DNA of 63,223 nt, filler included, from Craspedostauros australis (lineage: Eukaryota), in assembly GCA_030167865.1 (NCBI GenBank). It is 10 parts of 10 records of this genome, joined end to end, with 100 filler letters (N's around TTAATTAATTAA, not from the genome) between each part and the next. Parts side by side here need not be neighbours in the genome. Positions count along the whole stretch, not along the records: positions 1 to 26,060 come from JALAGF010001378.1; 9 more parts are not named here. One strand, 5' to 3'. The notes below the pieces were generated by a model that saw only the letters and a program-made list of their open reading frames with translations, searched no databases and was not told the origin of the DNA. The position numbers were made by a program, and so were the translations under genes. Below, piece after piece: positions 10,883 through 22,249 of this stretch (positions are counted from its first letter, which is position 1; the number at the start of each line of letters is the position of its first letter).

Positions 10883-12283
10883 TCATGATTCTTCCTGCTT
10901 GTCTGTTTTCTGCATCTGAGATCGCAAGTGTTTCACCAGCTTATCAGTGTCATCTGCACTTGAGAACTTGCGCAACAACCGCAACAAGTGATGCAGATTG
11001 TGACCAAAGAGCAACGTGTCGACAATCATCTCCTTGGCTTGGATCAAATGATGGATGTAGCATCGCGTGAACTTATCATCCTTGCATGCCATGCAGGTAC
11101 AACCTGGCAGGAGCGGCTTCGGATCGCGTTCATATCTCTTGTCTGCTAGATCCATGCAGCCGTCTGCGTCCAGGGCAATTGCGGCAGTGGTCGACTCGCT
11201 TACCGATCCATCTTGATCATTCATGCTGTTGCTGTCAAAATCAATAACAAAGGCATGCTTCTTGGTGCTCCATTGCATCGGCAGATTGGTACCGATTACA
11301 TCAATCACATGGCTGCTGGCCATGGCAATGATCTCGTCGAGTGACCTCGTGGACAACGTCGCGACGTTCTGCGCGAAATTGAGCTCGGCAAGCTGCTCCA
11401 CGAAGCTATCCTCCCATTGCCCGACAAGAGCAATACCCTGCGATTTCCTCAAGGATTGAATAGCATGCTGCCTCGTCTGATCGTGCCGAATGAGCGGCAG
11501 CAAGAGCGGTGCCCATTGCTGCGTTGCCGTCTCAGAAGCCTTCGTCGATGCTGATGAGTTGGCTGCTGCCCCCTGATTTGCATCGTGCTTGGTGGACACT
11601 CGTTTCTGAAAGTCTTCCCACAACGACGTACATCGTCTCCTCGCCCTTTCCTGACGCTTCTTCCCCGATGCCGGCGGCTCCATATCGTAGAGCGACAGCG
11701 TGTGATGCGAACGAAGACCGAGCGCCGCGTCAGTGTACACCTGAGATGTGATGGCCTGCCGCCCATGCGGTGTCCAAATGAGCAGTTCTTCATTGTTCCA
11801 TGTCACATCCGCCTTCGTGGACTCCTTGGATTCGGCGGCCTTGTTGTCTTGCGTGAGATTGAAGGACGGCACCGTGAAACGCGTGTGCGGCAGCAACCAC
11901 GGATCTGGCGATGCGTTTGGCGTGAAGGTGTATCCTCTGCTGGGCGCTCGCTTCCGGCCGTTGTGATTGCCGCTGCCTTGCGCACCAGCCGCCTGGTTCC
12001 TCAATGCCTCGTCGGCCACAGCGATCACGCAGGTATCGCGAACGGCAAGGCCCATCCACAGATCGTCGCTGGGAGGGAAGTAGTTCTCGATCAGCATGGG
12101 CGTGAGGAACGGCACGCAGCCATCGACGGTGTGGAGCAGCAGCCGCAGCTTGTGCTGTCGCCGCTTCGGCCTTGGCTCTTCCTTCGTTTGTTCGACATTT
12201 CCAGCATCATCACTGCTGGCGTTCGTGGACGCCGCATCCGCTGCACACTTTGCTTCTTCGGCAGAGTCGTGGGCCCGCTTCAT
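10883..12283 (-). CDS. QTRT2: Queuine tRNA-ribosyltransferase accessory subunit 2
   Basis: LLLHTVDGCVPFLTP N-terminal motif, WTPHGRQ, C-terminal Zn site PLLPGCTCMAC..FTRCYIHHL...LLFGHN. Catalytic DSGG motif absent, as expected for QTRT2. Confidence 0.82.
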   Translation of the reverse strand: MKRAHDSAEEAKCAADAASTNASSDDAGNVEQTKEEPRPKRRQHKLRLLLHTVDGCVPFLTPMLIENYFPPSDDLWMGLAVRDTCVIAVADEALRNQAAGAQGSGNHNGRKRAPSRGYTFTPNASPDPWLLPHTRFTVPSFNLTQDNKAAESKESTKADVTWNNEELLIWTPHGRQAITSQVYTDAALGLRSHHTLSLYDMEPPASGKKRQERARRRCTSLWEDFQKRVSTKHDANQGAAANSSASTKASETATQQWAPLLLPLIRHDQTRQHAIQSLRKSQGIALVGQWEDSFVEQLAELNFAQNVATLSTRSLDEIIAMASSHVIDVIGTNLPMQWSTKKHAFVIDFDSNSMNDQDGSVSESTTAAIALDADGCMDLADKRYERDPKPLLPGCTCMACKDDKFTRCYIHHLIQAKEMIVDTLLFGHNLHHLLRLLRKFSSADDTDKLVKHLRSQMQKTDKQEES

Positions 12284-12841
12284 GACTGTGCTCGTAACAC
12301 GATGCGTAAGCGTATGGGTTGCTGTTCTCCTGAAACCTTTGCCTGTTGGATGAATGGGCGCACATCATCACTACGACAACGACTACTGATCAACCATCCC
12401 ATCTGATGCCATGTACCACCCTCGTGACATGCCGTCACTGCTCGTACCACTGCGTCCATCCAGGGAGACGACCTCTGCAACACGACAAACCAACCAAAGT
12501 CCTCCAACCAACAAACACTGCCAAGATCCAACCCTTCTTGGATTGACCCATCGGATTCACTTGTGAGAATGCTCCCCAAACACGATTGCAAAAGGAAACC
12601 GAAAACATGATGGCAGATGTCACAGACATCAGAGCGCAATCGAAAGATACGAAGACGCGGGGCAACAACACGAGAAAGACCAGAACCAGAAGGAAAGAAG
12701 AAAACCATCACCAGAAGAGAGAGAGAGGAATTGACGATCTCTACTCTCGCGCACAAGGTACAAGCACGACCTGCCATACCCCATACCCAACAACAATAGC
12801 ACAACAACAACAACAACGACAGCAACAACGACAAAAGCAAG

Positions 12842-14803
12842 ATGAGCGCAGGCAACAAACGAGATCTCTCATCGCACGCGCAGCCGCAGGAGGCTGTGGT
12901 GACTCATTTTGATTGGAGCGCGAAGGTGGACTTTGCGTCTGGCACCATCTCCGCAGCGGCGACCTACCAAGTCCGCAAGGTCTCGCCAAGCGCCACGCAG
13001 GTGCATCTGGACACCTCCCATCTGCGCATTCAGTCGGTTCAGACCGTCAAGGGCGACAAGCTGAAGTACACGCTTCACGAACCGACCCCCAACAAGCCCC
13101 ATCTGGGTCAGAAGCTCTCCGTCGATCTGCCATTGGGCGATGGGGCGGCCAAGTCGGACACGGTCCAGATCACCGTGCTTTACTCCACAACGGAGAAGTG
13201 CAGCGCGTTGCAATGGCTCCCACCATCCCAAACGGCCGGGGGCAAGTACCCTTACCTCTTCAGCCAGTGCCAGGCTATCCACGCTCGTTCCCTCATCCCA
13301 TGTCAGGACTGCTGTGGCGTCAAGATGACCTACACGGCCACCGTCACCGTCCCCTCCTGGGCCACCTGCGTTATGTCCGCCGTTCTGCACAAGCAATCGA
13401 AGGATGCAGCGAGTGGGAACACCAACGTCTTTGAATGGAAGCAGGCCGTGCCCATCTCGTCTTACCTCTTCGCCATCGGCGTCGGTCAGATCGTCAAGAA
13501 GGACATCTCCAAGCGCTGCGCCATCTGGAGCGAACCCAGCATGGTCGAAGCTGCCGCGTACGACTTTGCGGAGACAGAGGAATTCCTGAAGATCGCCGAG
13601 GCCATCGCGGGCAAGGAGTACGTGTGGGGACGATACGACTTGCTCTGCTTGCCACCATCCTTTCCGTACGGAGGAATGGAGAATCCGTGCCTCACCTTCA
13701 TCACACCCACGTGTTTGTCGGGTGACCGATCTCTCGCGGATGTTGTCGCGCATGAGATCTCCCACTCGTGGACAGGCAACCTCGTCACCAACGCCACGTG
13801 GGACCACTTTTGGCTCAACGAAGGTTGGACGACATGGTTCGAGCGAAAGATCATGGCGCGCATCAAGAAGGATCCAAACTACCTCGATTTCGATGCCATC
13901 GGCGGACGGAAGGATCTGGATGACACCGTCAAGGAGATGCCGCCCCAGTTCACCAAGCTTGTCCTGGACATTGGCGACGGCGATCCAGACGAATCCTACT
14001 GCACGGTGGCATACGAGAAGGGCTTCACTCTGCTGCTGTCGCTGGAACGACGCGTGGGAACCCCGGCTTTCGAGAAGTTCTTCCAGGCCTACATCAACAA
14101 GTTCGCCTCCAAGACACTGACGTCCACAGACTTCAAGGATTTCTTCCTCCAACATTTCAAGGGCAACGCCAAGGTACAAGATGTAGATTGGGATGCCTGG
14201 CTGTACGGTTCTGGCATGGCACCGGAACTCCCACCCCTTGACACCACCTTGGCAGAGGCCTCCCAAAAGCTTGCTGATAGCTGGATGGCAGTTGACGCAG
14301 GCACCGTGGCTTCGTCGACGCTCGTGGATGGCATCAAGAGATGGTCGTCGCTGCAGACCACGTGCTTCTTGGATGCGCTGCAGATTGCAGCGACGTCGCC
14401 GTTGAAGATCTCCACCTTGACTGCCATGAACGGGGCCTACAAGTTCTCCGACAGCAAGAACTCAGAGATTCTGTTCCGATACTGCGAACTGGCCATCGCT
14501 GCGGAGGACAGCAGCATCATCCCAATGGCGCTGCACTTCATCACAACGCAGGGTCGCATGAAGTTCGTCCGCCCGCTCTACAAAGCATTGCACAAGTCCA
14601 AGATGGGCAAGGATATCGCGGTCTCCACCTTCTTGAAGAACAAGAGCTTCTACCACCCCATCTGCGCCAAGATGGTCTCCGGTGACCTCAAGGTTGAAAA
14701 CGAAAAGAAGTCTCAATCGTGGGAGATTCCGTACGGCATGATCGCAGCCGTCGGCGCTGTATCGGCCATTGCCGCCGTGCTGGTGTTGCGACGAAGAAAG
14801 TGA
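12842..14803 (+). CDS. LTA4H: Leukotriene A4 hydrolase / M1 leucyl aminopeptidase with C-terminal TM anchor
   Basis: SQCQAIHARS, YGGMENP, HEISH-x18-E (WLNEG), YEKG, QGRMKFVRPLY. Terminal hydrophobic helix followed by RRRK. Confidence 0.95.
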   Translation: MSAGNKRDLSSHAQPQEAVVTHFDWSAKVDFASGTISAAATYQVRKVSPSATQVHLDTSHLRIQSVQTVKGDKLKYTLHEPTPNKPHLGQKLSVDLPLGDGAAKSDTVQITVLYSTTEKCSALQWLPPSQTAGGKYPYLFSQCQAIHARSLIPCQDCCGVKMTYTATVTVPSWATCVMSAVLHKQSKDAASGNTNVFEWKQAVPISSYLFAIGVGQIVKKDISKRCAIWSEPSMVEAAAYDFAETEEFLKIAEAIAGKEYVWGRYDLLCLPPSFPYGGMENPCLTFITPTCLSGDRSLADVVAHEISHSWTGNLVTNATWDHFWLNEGWTTWFERKIMARIKKDPNYLDFDAIGGRKDLDDTVKEMPPQFTKLVLDIGDGDPDESYCTVAYEKGFTLLLSLERRVGTPAFEKFFQAYINKFASKTLTSTDFKDFFLQHFKGNAKVQDVDWDAWLYGSGMAPELPPLDTTLAEASQKLADSWMAVDAGTVASSTLVDGIKRWSSLQTTCFLDALQIAATSPLKISTLTAMNGAYKFSDSKNSEILFRYCELAIAAEDSSIIPMALHFITTQGRMKFVRPLYKALHKSKMGKDIAVSTFLKNKSFYHPICAKMVSGDLKVENEKKSQSWEIPYGMIAAVGAVSAIAAVLVLRRRK

Positions 14804-15063
14804 GTAACCAACGAGTACAGTAAACGAATGGTACTCTCGGACAGTAGTTTCGCACTCGTTTGGCGAAAGAAGGCTCCTGGCCGCAAGACCATACATGATG
14901 AGCAGACACATAAATCAAGCATGTGGAAAGCACGAATATCAAACAATCGTCTTCAACACAATCCACTTCATGTGCGGTTGCTGTGTACGAGTATTGTACG
15001 CGTAAAGCAGCCCTCTGGTGGGAATTAGGTGCCGTTTTATTTATCTCGTGTTACGATGGAGCT

Positions 15064-16362
15064 CTATCCTGTCTTCTTCCTCCTCGCTCTCGCCCATGTC
15101 AGAAATAATTTGCCATCATCAATCATTTCCCAGTTCGTGGCAAGGCTCGCAATGTTTTCATCTGCATTTGATTCCAACAGCCACTTGCATTCCGCGGTAC
15201 CATCGCTGTACGGAGTTACCTCGGCCTGTTGAAATCCAACGTAATGGCCGATGTACGCGTTTGTTGCCTTGTAAATCGCCTCCTTGAGACTGAATCGCAA
15301 CAGGACTTCTTCCTCCACCGTCACATCCTCCACGCCACCGAGCTCTGACATTTCATGTGGTGTTAAGATACGTTTGGCGATGTTGCGTTTCTGTACCTTG
15401 CTGGTCTCCTCCAAGTCCACTCCGATGGCCTCTTCACATGCATCCGTTGTGACTGTTGTTGTCGGCTTGACGACCGCCACGGCATATACATCACCTGTCG
15501 ATTTAAGCACCTTGTGAGTGATGGATCCGCAGTATCCTTCGGGCAATCGCGGTCGCCCATCGTCGTGGCATAAGATGGGAGCATGTTTGGAATTGTCATA
15601 TCCCAATGCAAGCCGCAATGCCAAACGCCCCAGCGCGAACGTTTCGACCTGCACCTTCCGATTGAGAATGCCGTACTCCAGTTCGTCGGGATGCAGCCAG
15701 GATGATATCCAGTGGTCATTAGCAGCATCAGCATCAATGTCGCGCAACTGCTCTAGTGTCAAGGAATGAGGTGATGAATCCCCAACGCTCTTCATTTGGA
15801 TTCCGATGCATCGAATGTCATCAGAAAGGGAACGATCCAACCATATGGAACATACGTTTGGGACAATGGATTGGAGGGTGGTCTGGTTACTTTCGTTTGC
15901 GTGGATGGATGAGTTTTCATCTCGAACGGAGCTGGAATAGCGTGCAAACTTCGACCGAGCTGGGTATCTTGGCTGTTGCAGACTCCAATAGTGCAGATTC
16001 GTTCTTGTGATGGTACCCGTGCGTGCAAACAACCGGTGCGTGCGATGGAATCGAGTGACGAATCCATACGCCGCCATCCTTGGATGGGTACTCATAGTGA
16101 TCAGGATTGCTGCGTTCAATACGATTGTCAACAACGGAACTTGCGGAAGATGGGGCGGATGGCGACGCCGTCTCTTTTGATAAGGACTGCTTTCAGAACA
16201 ATGCTCAGTTCTGGCCATGCCCGCGCTCGCGGCCATTGCTGTTGATGCCGCCGTTGTTGCCACCCTTGGTGTTGGTGCTGTCGCTGTTCTGAATATTGAG
16301 GTCTTCGAAATTGCGCCCTTCAGCTGATGATGTTGCGTTCTGGTTTGGCTCTGCACAGCCAT
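15064..16362 (-). CDS. 4'-phosphopantetheinyl transferase (EntD/Sfp type) with long N-terminal extension
   Basis: FALGRLALR, GRPRLPEGYCGSITHK, IGVDLE, RFSLKEAIYKA. The start is uncertain: the ORF is open to 16713 and has several Mets. A hydrophobic segment followed by AYG-FV may be a targeting signal. Confidence 0.88.
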   Translation of the reverse strand: MAVQSQTRTQHHQLKGAISKTSIFRTATAPTPRVATTAASTAMAASAGMARTEHCSESSPYQKRRRRHPPHLPQVPLLTIVLNAAILITMSTHPRMAAYGFVTRFHRTHRLFARTGTITRTNLHYWSLQQPRYPARSKFARYSSSVRDENSSIHANESNQTTLQSIVPNVCSIWLDRSLSDDIRCIGIQMKSVGDSSPHSLTLEQLRDIDADAANDHWISSWLHPDELEYGILNRKVQVETFALGRLALRLALGYDNSKHAPILCHDDGRPRLPEGYCGSITHKVLKSTGDVYAVAVVKPTTTVTTDACEEAIGVDLEETSKVQKRNIAKRILTPHEMSELGGVEDVTVEEEVLLRFSLKEAIYKATNAYIGHYVGFQQAEVTPYSDGTAECKWLLESNADENIASLATNWEMIDDGKLFLTWARARRKKTG

Positions 16363-17002
16363 GTCAACCAACAGCAATGTCCTTGTTGTTGCTGCGCTCG
16401 TATGGTGCTCAATCCGAAGAAGCGCAACAATCCTGGCAGCTGTACTCGTCGCTCTTTTCACTTTTCGAAGGTCGTGACAAGCGTTTTCTTCGACTTGAGC
16501 AGGGATGAGCGCACCCTGATTCTTTCCATGCTTTCGAGCCACAATGCCCTCTGATCTCCAGGTTGCATCACACTCTGCTTCAGCGTCATGAACAATGCAA
16601 AGGTTGTACTCTGTGCTTTTCGTGCTGCGCTGTATCGATGGATGTGTCGATGGAGGCAAACAACGATGATGAGAGAGTGGAGTGACGCCATTGCCTTCTG
16701 CGGTGGACATCACCCATCACGCAACGTCCTGCCAGCGACAAAGATTCCCACGTCTCGTCGAGTATCTTTTCCATCCGACGACGGAGTGACGAAAAGCCGA
16801 CCAAATTGAAGCTAGGCGGGTTTTCGACCATCTCCTGCCAACCGCATGTGGACTGCTCTGACAGTACTCTCTATAGTACTCGTAGAGAGTAAACCTACTC
16901 ATACCCGGATGTTATCTACTGAATTAACGAGTTACTGGGTTGCCGAATTTGCATGGAGTGGAGTACTCGCACAGTGCGATTGCTCTACTTGGCACCGACC
17001 AT

Positions 17003-19720
17003 CTACTTTGCAGCTTTTGACGCCTTCTTGACAGCCTTGTCGATTTCATCCACCGTGAGGAAGATCTGGCCACGGATATTCTCGTCCCAACCGTTGGTCC
17101 CATCCTCCACGTCGATGATGTACTTGCGCACCTCCTCCATCGTCTTGCCAATTCTGCGAGCGATGGGCTTCACCAGAATGCTCTGCGTGGCGGGGTTGTC
17201 AAGGTACAGACCCATTTGGGTCGTCACATCCGCCAGGCGATCCTCCAGTTCTGTCGCGTTCTTCTTCATCTGGTCCTCCACCTTCTTGCCATTGAAGAAG
17301 GACTGGGTCTTCAGCGTGTCAGAATCCACCTTGTGGCAGCTCTCAACTAGCGTGACGACCTCGTTTACCAACATCTTCGACGTGTGTTCAATGAAGGCGT
17401 TGCATGCAGAGCGGAGGGCATCCTCCAGATCGCGCTTGGAGTCCACTGACTCCTCCTGGACGGACACACCCTCCCGCAGCAACGTCACGAGCGCATTCTC
17501 CGTGCTCATGGAGAACAGGCGGCGGTTGCGATTGGCGAGGAATCGTGACACGGCCTTGCCCGCATCACTGAAATCCAGCTGGCGCTCCACCGATCGCAGC
17601 TTCACGTCGAATGGCGACAGTTGCTCACGGAGGATCTGCAATATCGTAGAGTGTGGTTAAATGAGGAAGACCACAAGTCACATTGAGGAATGTGAAGCAT
17701 GCATGGAGGCGAGTTGGTGAGAGAGAGAGAGAGAATTCATTTGAAGGGCCTGCTATGTGTCATGAGAGTATTTTCAAACACACAACACGCAGACGAAACT
17801 TACCAGAAGATGCTTGACGAGGAACAAGTCGGAATGCATGATGCCCTTGCGCTTCTCGATGTAACTTCCCGCATCCTTGAGACACCGCGTGCAGGACTGC
17901 ACGGATTGCAGTGCAATGTCCTCAAACACTCGCGCCTCGACGACACGGAACAGCTTGGATAGGATCTTGAGAACGCTTCGGATCGGCGGATACCAGGACT
18001 CGTAGACTTGCATCTGTCGCTGGATGGCGTCGTCGAAAGCATCGGTGGCGCCGTCAGCCTTGTCGTCTGCGTCATCCCCGCTGGCATCTTCCTTCTTCTT
18101 CTTGATCAGCTTGTCCGGGTAGTTGAGGTCCGACGTGGAGGCCTTGAAGCGCGTGACTTCCTTGGAGAGCGAACTGGTGGCACAGAAGATGAGTCGTTCC
18201 TGCGCATCTTCGATGACAGTCGAGACGGCACGCGCCGCGGCAGTTGTGGTCGGCGACGAACTTGCCAGTGCGCGTTCCTCGCGCAGCACGGACACGATCT
18301 GGCACAGCGTATCCAAATCGACCACCGTCACGAGTCCCCGTCGCACTGTTCTGTGCAAGGCCGTGCACAGGGAGGAGAGGTAGGTCTGGAATTCTGAGTC
18401 GTAGTAGCTGCCATCATCCTTCATGACCTGCGAACCCAACGACTTGGTGTCCTTTTCCTTCGATTCGCCGTCCTTCTTGGCTGTGGCATCCTTTGCGTCG
18501 TCCACCTTGCGATCTCCGAAGAAGTCAAGGTACAGCGACGTCTCGAGGGTGCAGAGCCGAATGAGAAAGACGCTAGCCAGGCGCGTCATGCCCACCAGAC
18601 CGTGCTGACTCTTGAGGTTCTCCATGTGAGTTCGAACCGTGTTCTTGAGCAAGGACTCGCGGCAGGTGCAGTACGTGTGCCTGCACAGCTGCATGAGTTC
18701 GTGGTACGCTTCGCCATTGTGCAGGCGTTTCTTGACCAAGCCGAGCAGTCTGTTGCTGCGGGACGAAATTCCGTGGAATCTCGTGTACACCAACGATGCC
18801 TCCAGACGGTCCGCGGCGATGGGTGCTTTGTTGAGATTGAGCGCCGATGTGATCTGCTCCGTCGTCGTGTTGAGCCGGTCCACCACGGCCTCGCGCACCA
18901 GAAAGAGGGCCGCCTCCTGCAACGCCAGAGAGCGTCGGAAGTACTCCAGGTTGCCGCTGACCTCCGTCGACTTGCTGCGCTTCGATTGCTTCTTGTACTC
19001 CTCCAGCGCCGCCTTGCCTCCGCACTCGCGCTCGAAGAAGGTGACGGCGTCGTTGATCTTGTCCAGGATCTCCACGAAGTCCTCGTTGTCCACCTTGACC
19101 TTGGCGAGACCGCGCACCACGGCGTTGCCCTTGAAGAGCACCCCCACGTGAACGCCCAGCTGATCCACCGAGTCGTAGTGCTTGAGGGGCATCCCGATCT
19201 CCTTGGCGTGGCGCGTGAGCATGGCCTCCTCCTCCTGCAGACGGTCGGCAGCGGCGGACAGCTCGCTGGAATGGCGGATGAGGTCGGCATGTCGGTTGGA
19301 GATGTCCTCCGCGATGTTCATGGACGCTCGCAGCGCCAGCCGCAGGGACGTGGAGTGCTTCAGCAGCGCGGTGGTGTGGTCCGTCGTCTGCAACGCCTTG
19401 CGCATGACGGCGTCCACCTCGCTGCCGCCCATGCCGGTCAAGAAGGACTGCTCCGCATCCTTGGGCGCGGAAACGGCACGAGCCAGGAAGTCCTTTTCGA
19501 TCTTGACGGCGTTGGCCGCGCCTTGCTTTCCCTTCGCCCTTGGTGCTTGCGTTGCGGGTCTACGCGCCGTCGGTCCTGCGGTCAGCTCCGCAATCCTCGA
19601 CAATCGCGACGTCTGCGCCGATGACCGCGGTGCGAAGGTCTCGTACGAGACGTTGGACGAGCTCGATCTGGGCTTGGGAGGTGGCAGTTGGGCCTGCCGT
19701 TGCGCGTCCATTGTTGCCAT
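17003..19720 (-). CDS. COG3: Conserved oligomeric Golgi complex subunit 3 (Sec34), 2 exons
   Basis: Exon 1 19720-17804, intron 17803-17636 (GTAAGT...TTGCAG), exon 2 17635-17003. Motifs DAQERLIF, DLNYPDKL, WYPP, LFLVKHLL|ILREQLSPFD, DSKRDLE. Confidence 0.92.
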
Positions 19721-20164
19721 GGTGCTGCGTTAACTTTTGCGGCACCTTGATGGATGCGTCTGATCACGCACTGCCTTGCTCCGACAACGAGACGATCAAC
19801 AGCACAGTCCAGCACAGTATAGCACAGATACTGATACTGATACGGATACGAAGACCAGCGATCCGTCCGCACTCGTGTTTCGTGTTGCTTCGTCTTGTGT
19901 CCCCTCCAACCAGCGTTTGGGAATAGCCGTACCCAACGCAAACTGATCCCCACTTTTTCACTCTCTTGTGACTCTTTGCTAATTTTTGGCGTTTGCACGA
20001 CTCTTCAACCAGATGGAAGTGGGACACTCTTTGTCCAAGCCTACTATGATAAAACTAGATAAAGCAGGGGAAGCAGCTCATTGGCAATCGGAGATTGGCA
20101 CGATGCGAGCTGCCATCACAGATACACGATGCCACTCCTCCCACGTCCAAGCATTGTTCCATTC

Positions 20165-22072
20165 CTACTTCCGACTCGTGCTCATGCTCATTCCCATATT
20201 GGCATTGGAGTCTGAATTGGGTTTGCTCCCGCCATAGTTCAGAAGCATTCCAGCTATTGTTCCGACCACGAATCCAACGCTGCCAATCCACAGTGGATGC
20301 TGAGCTTTCAATGCGGTCGCAAAACTCTGAAGGTACGAGTGCTGTTGCGTTGATTGAGTTTCCCGCTGATTCCCCCGTTGTTGCCCATGCTCCTGTTCCT
20401 GTCTCTGTCCCTGCTGATGTCGGAGTTGGTTCTTCTCCGTCTGCCTGGCAGGTCTGTGGGCTCGGTTGTAGGCCAACGCCAAACGATTATGCGCCTTCTG
20501 CACCTTGTCATTCTTCATGTCGGAGTGGGCTGTTCCGGCAGAGGATTTGCACATGATGATCCGGTTCACCGGGCTGATGCGTTGGTCGATGCACTTCATC
20601 CTCACCTCGTACGACTCGTTGGCCATCATCTTTCCAGCCAGCAGCAGATCCATCTGCGTGGCGAACGGGATCTGCAGATTCTTGCTGGTCATCTTCCAAG
20701 TCGATCCCTTCGACACGTCCTTCTGACAGCACGGCATCACGGCGGCGTGAACGCCGAATGACGTTGCAATCGACAGCGTCTCCTCGCTGAGGTGCTGGCA
20801 CGCGTGGCATGCCACGACCAAAACGCGTTGGCGACGCGTCGTGCAAAGGACATTGGACAATTCTGAAGGCAGCGCGGTCCTTAGACATTCATGGCGGAAA
20901 GCAAGCTGCTTCTCTTCGGGCAGGAAGGATTTCCATGCCCTCATCACGCCGTTGTTGCCCACCTGCGCAGGATCAACCACCACGGCTTGTCTTGCGGCCG
21001 TGACGATCAGAAACAGCGTTGCCAGGGCTCCATGGCCACCGGCCACATCGATGACCACATCGAACTTCTCTGTCTTCCAGAACTTGTTCACCGCATTGAG
21101 GAATGCGTACGACTCCTTGAACTCCTTGATGGAGGGGGAATGGATCTTCTCGCAATGAAGCGCATGGAATAGCCTCTGCTCCAAACTGAACTTCTTGCCT
21201 TGAGTCGCCTCTTCTGCTGCTCTTGGTGTTTCCGATAGTGTTGCAGGTTGAAGCGGGGCGGAAGATAGGGAACAATCGCGATTGCCACCATCGCTAACTT
21301 CGTTGTTGCTGACACTGTTGTTGTTGTTGTAGGAAGAAGCAATATCTTGACCTACTAGGAGTACTGATCCGTCGCTACCGCTTGCGCCGCCCCGGGTCCT
21401 AACATCCAGGTAATGGTGCAGGATGGTGTTGACAGATTGGCCACCCTGCTTGAAATGGTACCACCCGTCGATCGTGAGGGGTGCATCCGATGAGAGGAGC
21501 AATGTCAGCCACAACGAATCATCGGCGAACATGTTGTCCAGCGGAATGTTGTACCAATCATCGAACCACTTTGGAGTTATCTCCTCGCATTCTTGAACGT
21601 CAGCGGGCCTGTCTGCCAAATCGATCTGAAACAGATGCACGACCATCTCCACTTCGTCGTTCTGGAACGTGAAGCGTTGGGTTCCCACCTTACTCGCAGC
21701 CATCTCTGCTTGCTTGATGTCGATGTTGGTTTCCTCCTTCAATTCTCTGCAGGCGCCGTTCACTACGGACTCTCCGGGATCCACCTTGCCACCGAACGAA
21801 TTGAACATCCCCTTGCCGAATCCCCGGTTCTTGTGACCGAGCAGGATGTTTCGCTTCTCATTTCTCACAACGATGATCAAGGTGTACTCTTTCAACTTCG
21901 ACACCGCGTTGGTTTCGGCGGTTGCCTCTCGAAACGCATCCAGCGAGTCATGGCTCTTTCCCAATCTGGTGGCTGGCAATCGGTTGACGAAGAGCTCCTG
22001 CTTCTTCTTGATCATGCTCGACATGTCGTGTAATGCAAGGAGAACGCTGATCGATGGACCCAACAGTTGCAT
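20165..22072 (-). CDS. Nudix hydrolase (MTH1/NUDT1-like) fused to a SAM-dependent methyltransferase, with C-terminal TM
   Basis: ILLGHKNRGFGKG, Nudix box GGKVDPGESVVNGACRELKEETNI, EEITPKWF, IPLDNMFADD. Then VIDVAGGHGALA, VVACHACQHL, AVMPCC (Methyltransf_32-like). Single uninterrupted 635-aa ORF. Confidence 0.85.
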   Translation of the reverse strand: MQLLGPSISVLLALHDMSSMIKKKQELFVNRLPATRLGKSHDSLDAFREATAETNAVSKLKEYTLIIVVRNEKRNILLGHKNRGFGKGMFNSFGGKVDPGESVVNGACRELKEETNIDIKQAEMAASKVGTQRFTFQNDEVEMVVHLFQIDLADRPADVQECEEITPKWFDDWYNIPLDNMFADDSLWLTLLLSSDAPLTIDGWYHFKQGGQSVNTILHHYLDVRTRGGASGSDGSVLLVGQDIASSYNNNNSVSNNEVSDGGNRDCSLSSAPLQPATLSETPRAAEEATQGKKFSLEQRLFHALHCEKIHSPSIKEFKESYAFLNAVNKFWKTEKFDVVIDVAGGHGALATLFLIVTAARQAVVVDPAQVGNNGVMRAWKSFLPEEKQLAFRHECLRTALPSELSNVLCTTRRQRVLVVACHACQHLSEETLSIATSFGVHAAVMPCCQKDVSKGSTWKMTSKNLQIPFATQMDLLLAGKMMANESYEVRMKCIDQRISPVNRIIMCKSSAGTAHSDMKNDKVQKAHNRLALAYNRAHRPARQTEKNQLRHQQGQRQEQEHGQQRGNQRETQSTQQHSYLQSFATALKAQHPLWIGSVGFVVGTIAGMLLNYGGSKPNSDSNANMGMSMSTSRK

Positions 22073-22249
22073 AAAGTGTATATGTTAAGTCGATGAAATC
22101 GAATCTGTTAATGTTTCTGTTTAGGTTGTGCTCTGTTGCAGTCATTGCTTGTGTGTTGCGAGTGGTTGGTTGGTGGTTGAAGGTTGATGGCTGAAGGTTC
22201 ACGGTTGATGATTGATTGCCGTGACGAGAAGTAGCGACGCATGTTTCGC

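Noticed and set aside
10883..12283. Loss of TGT catalytic residues as a novelty
   Set aside because: Expected for the non-catalytic QTRT2 subunit.
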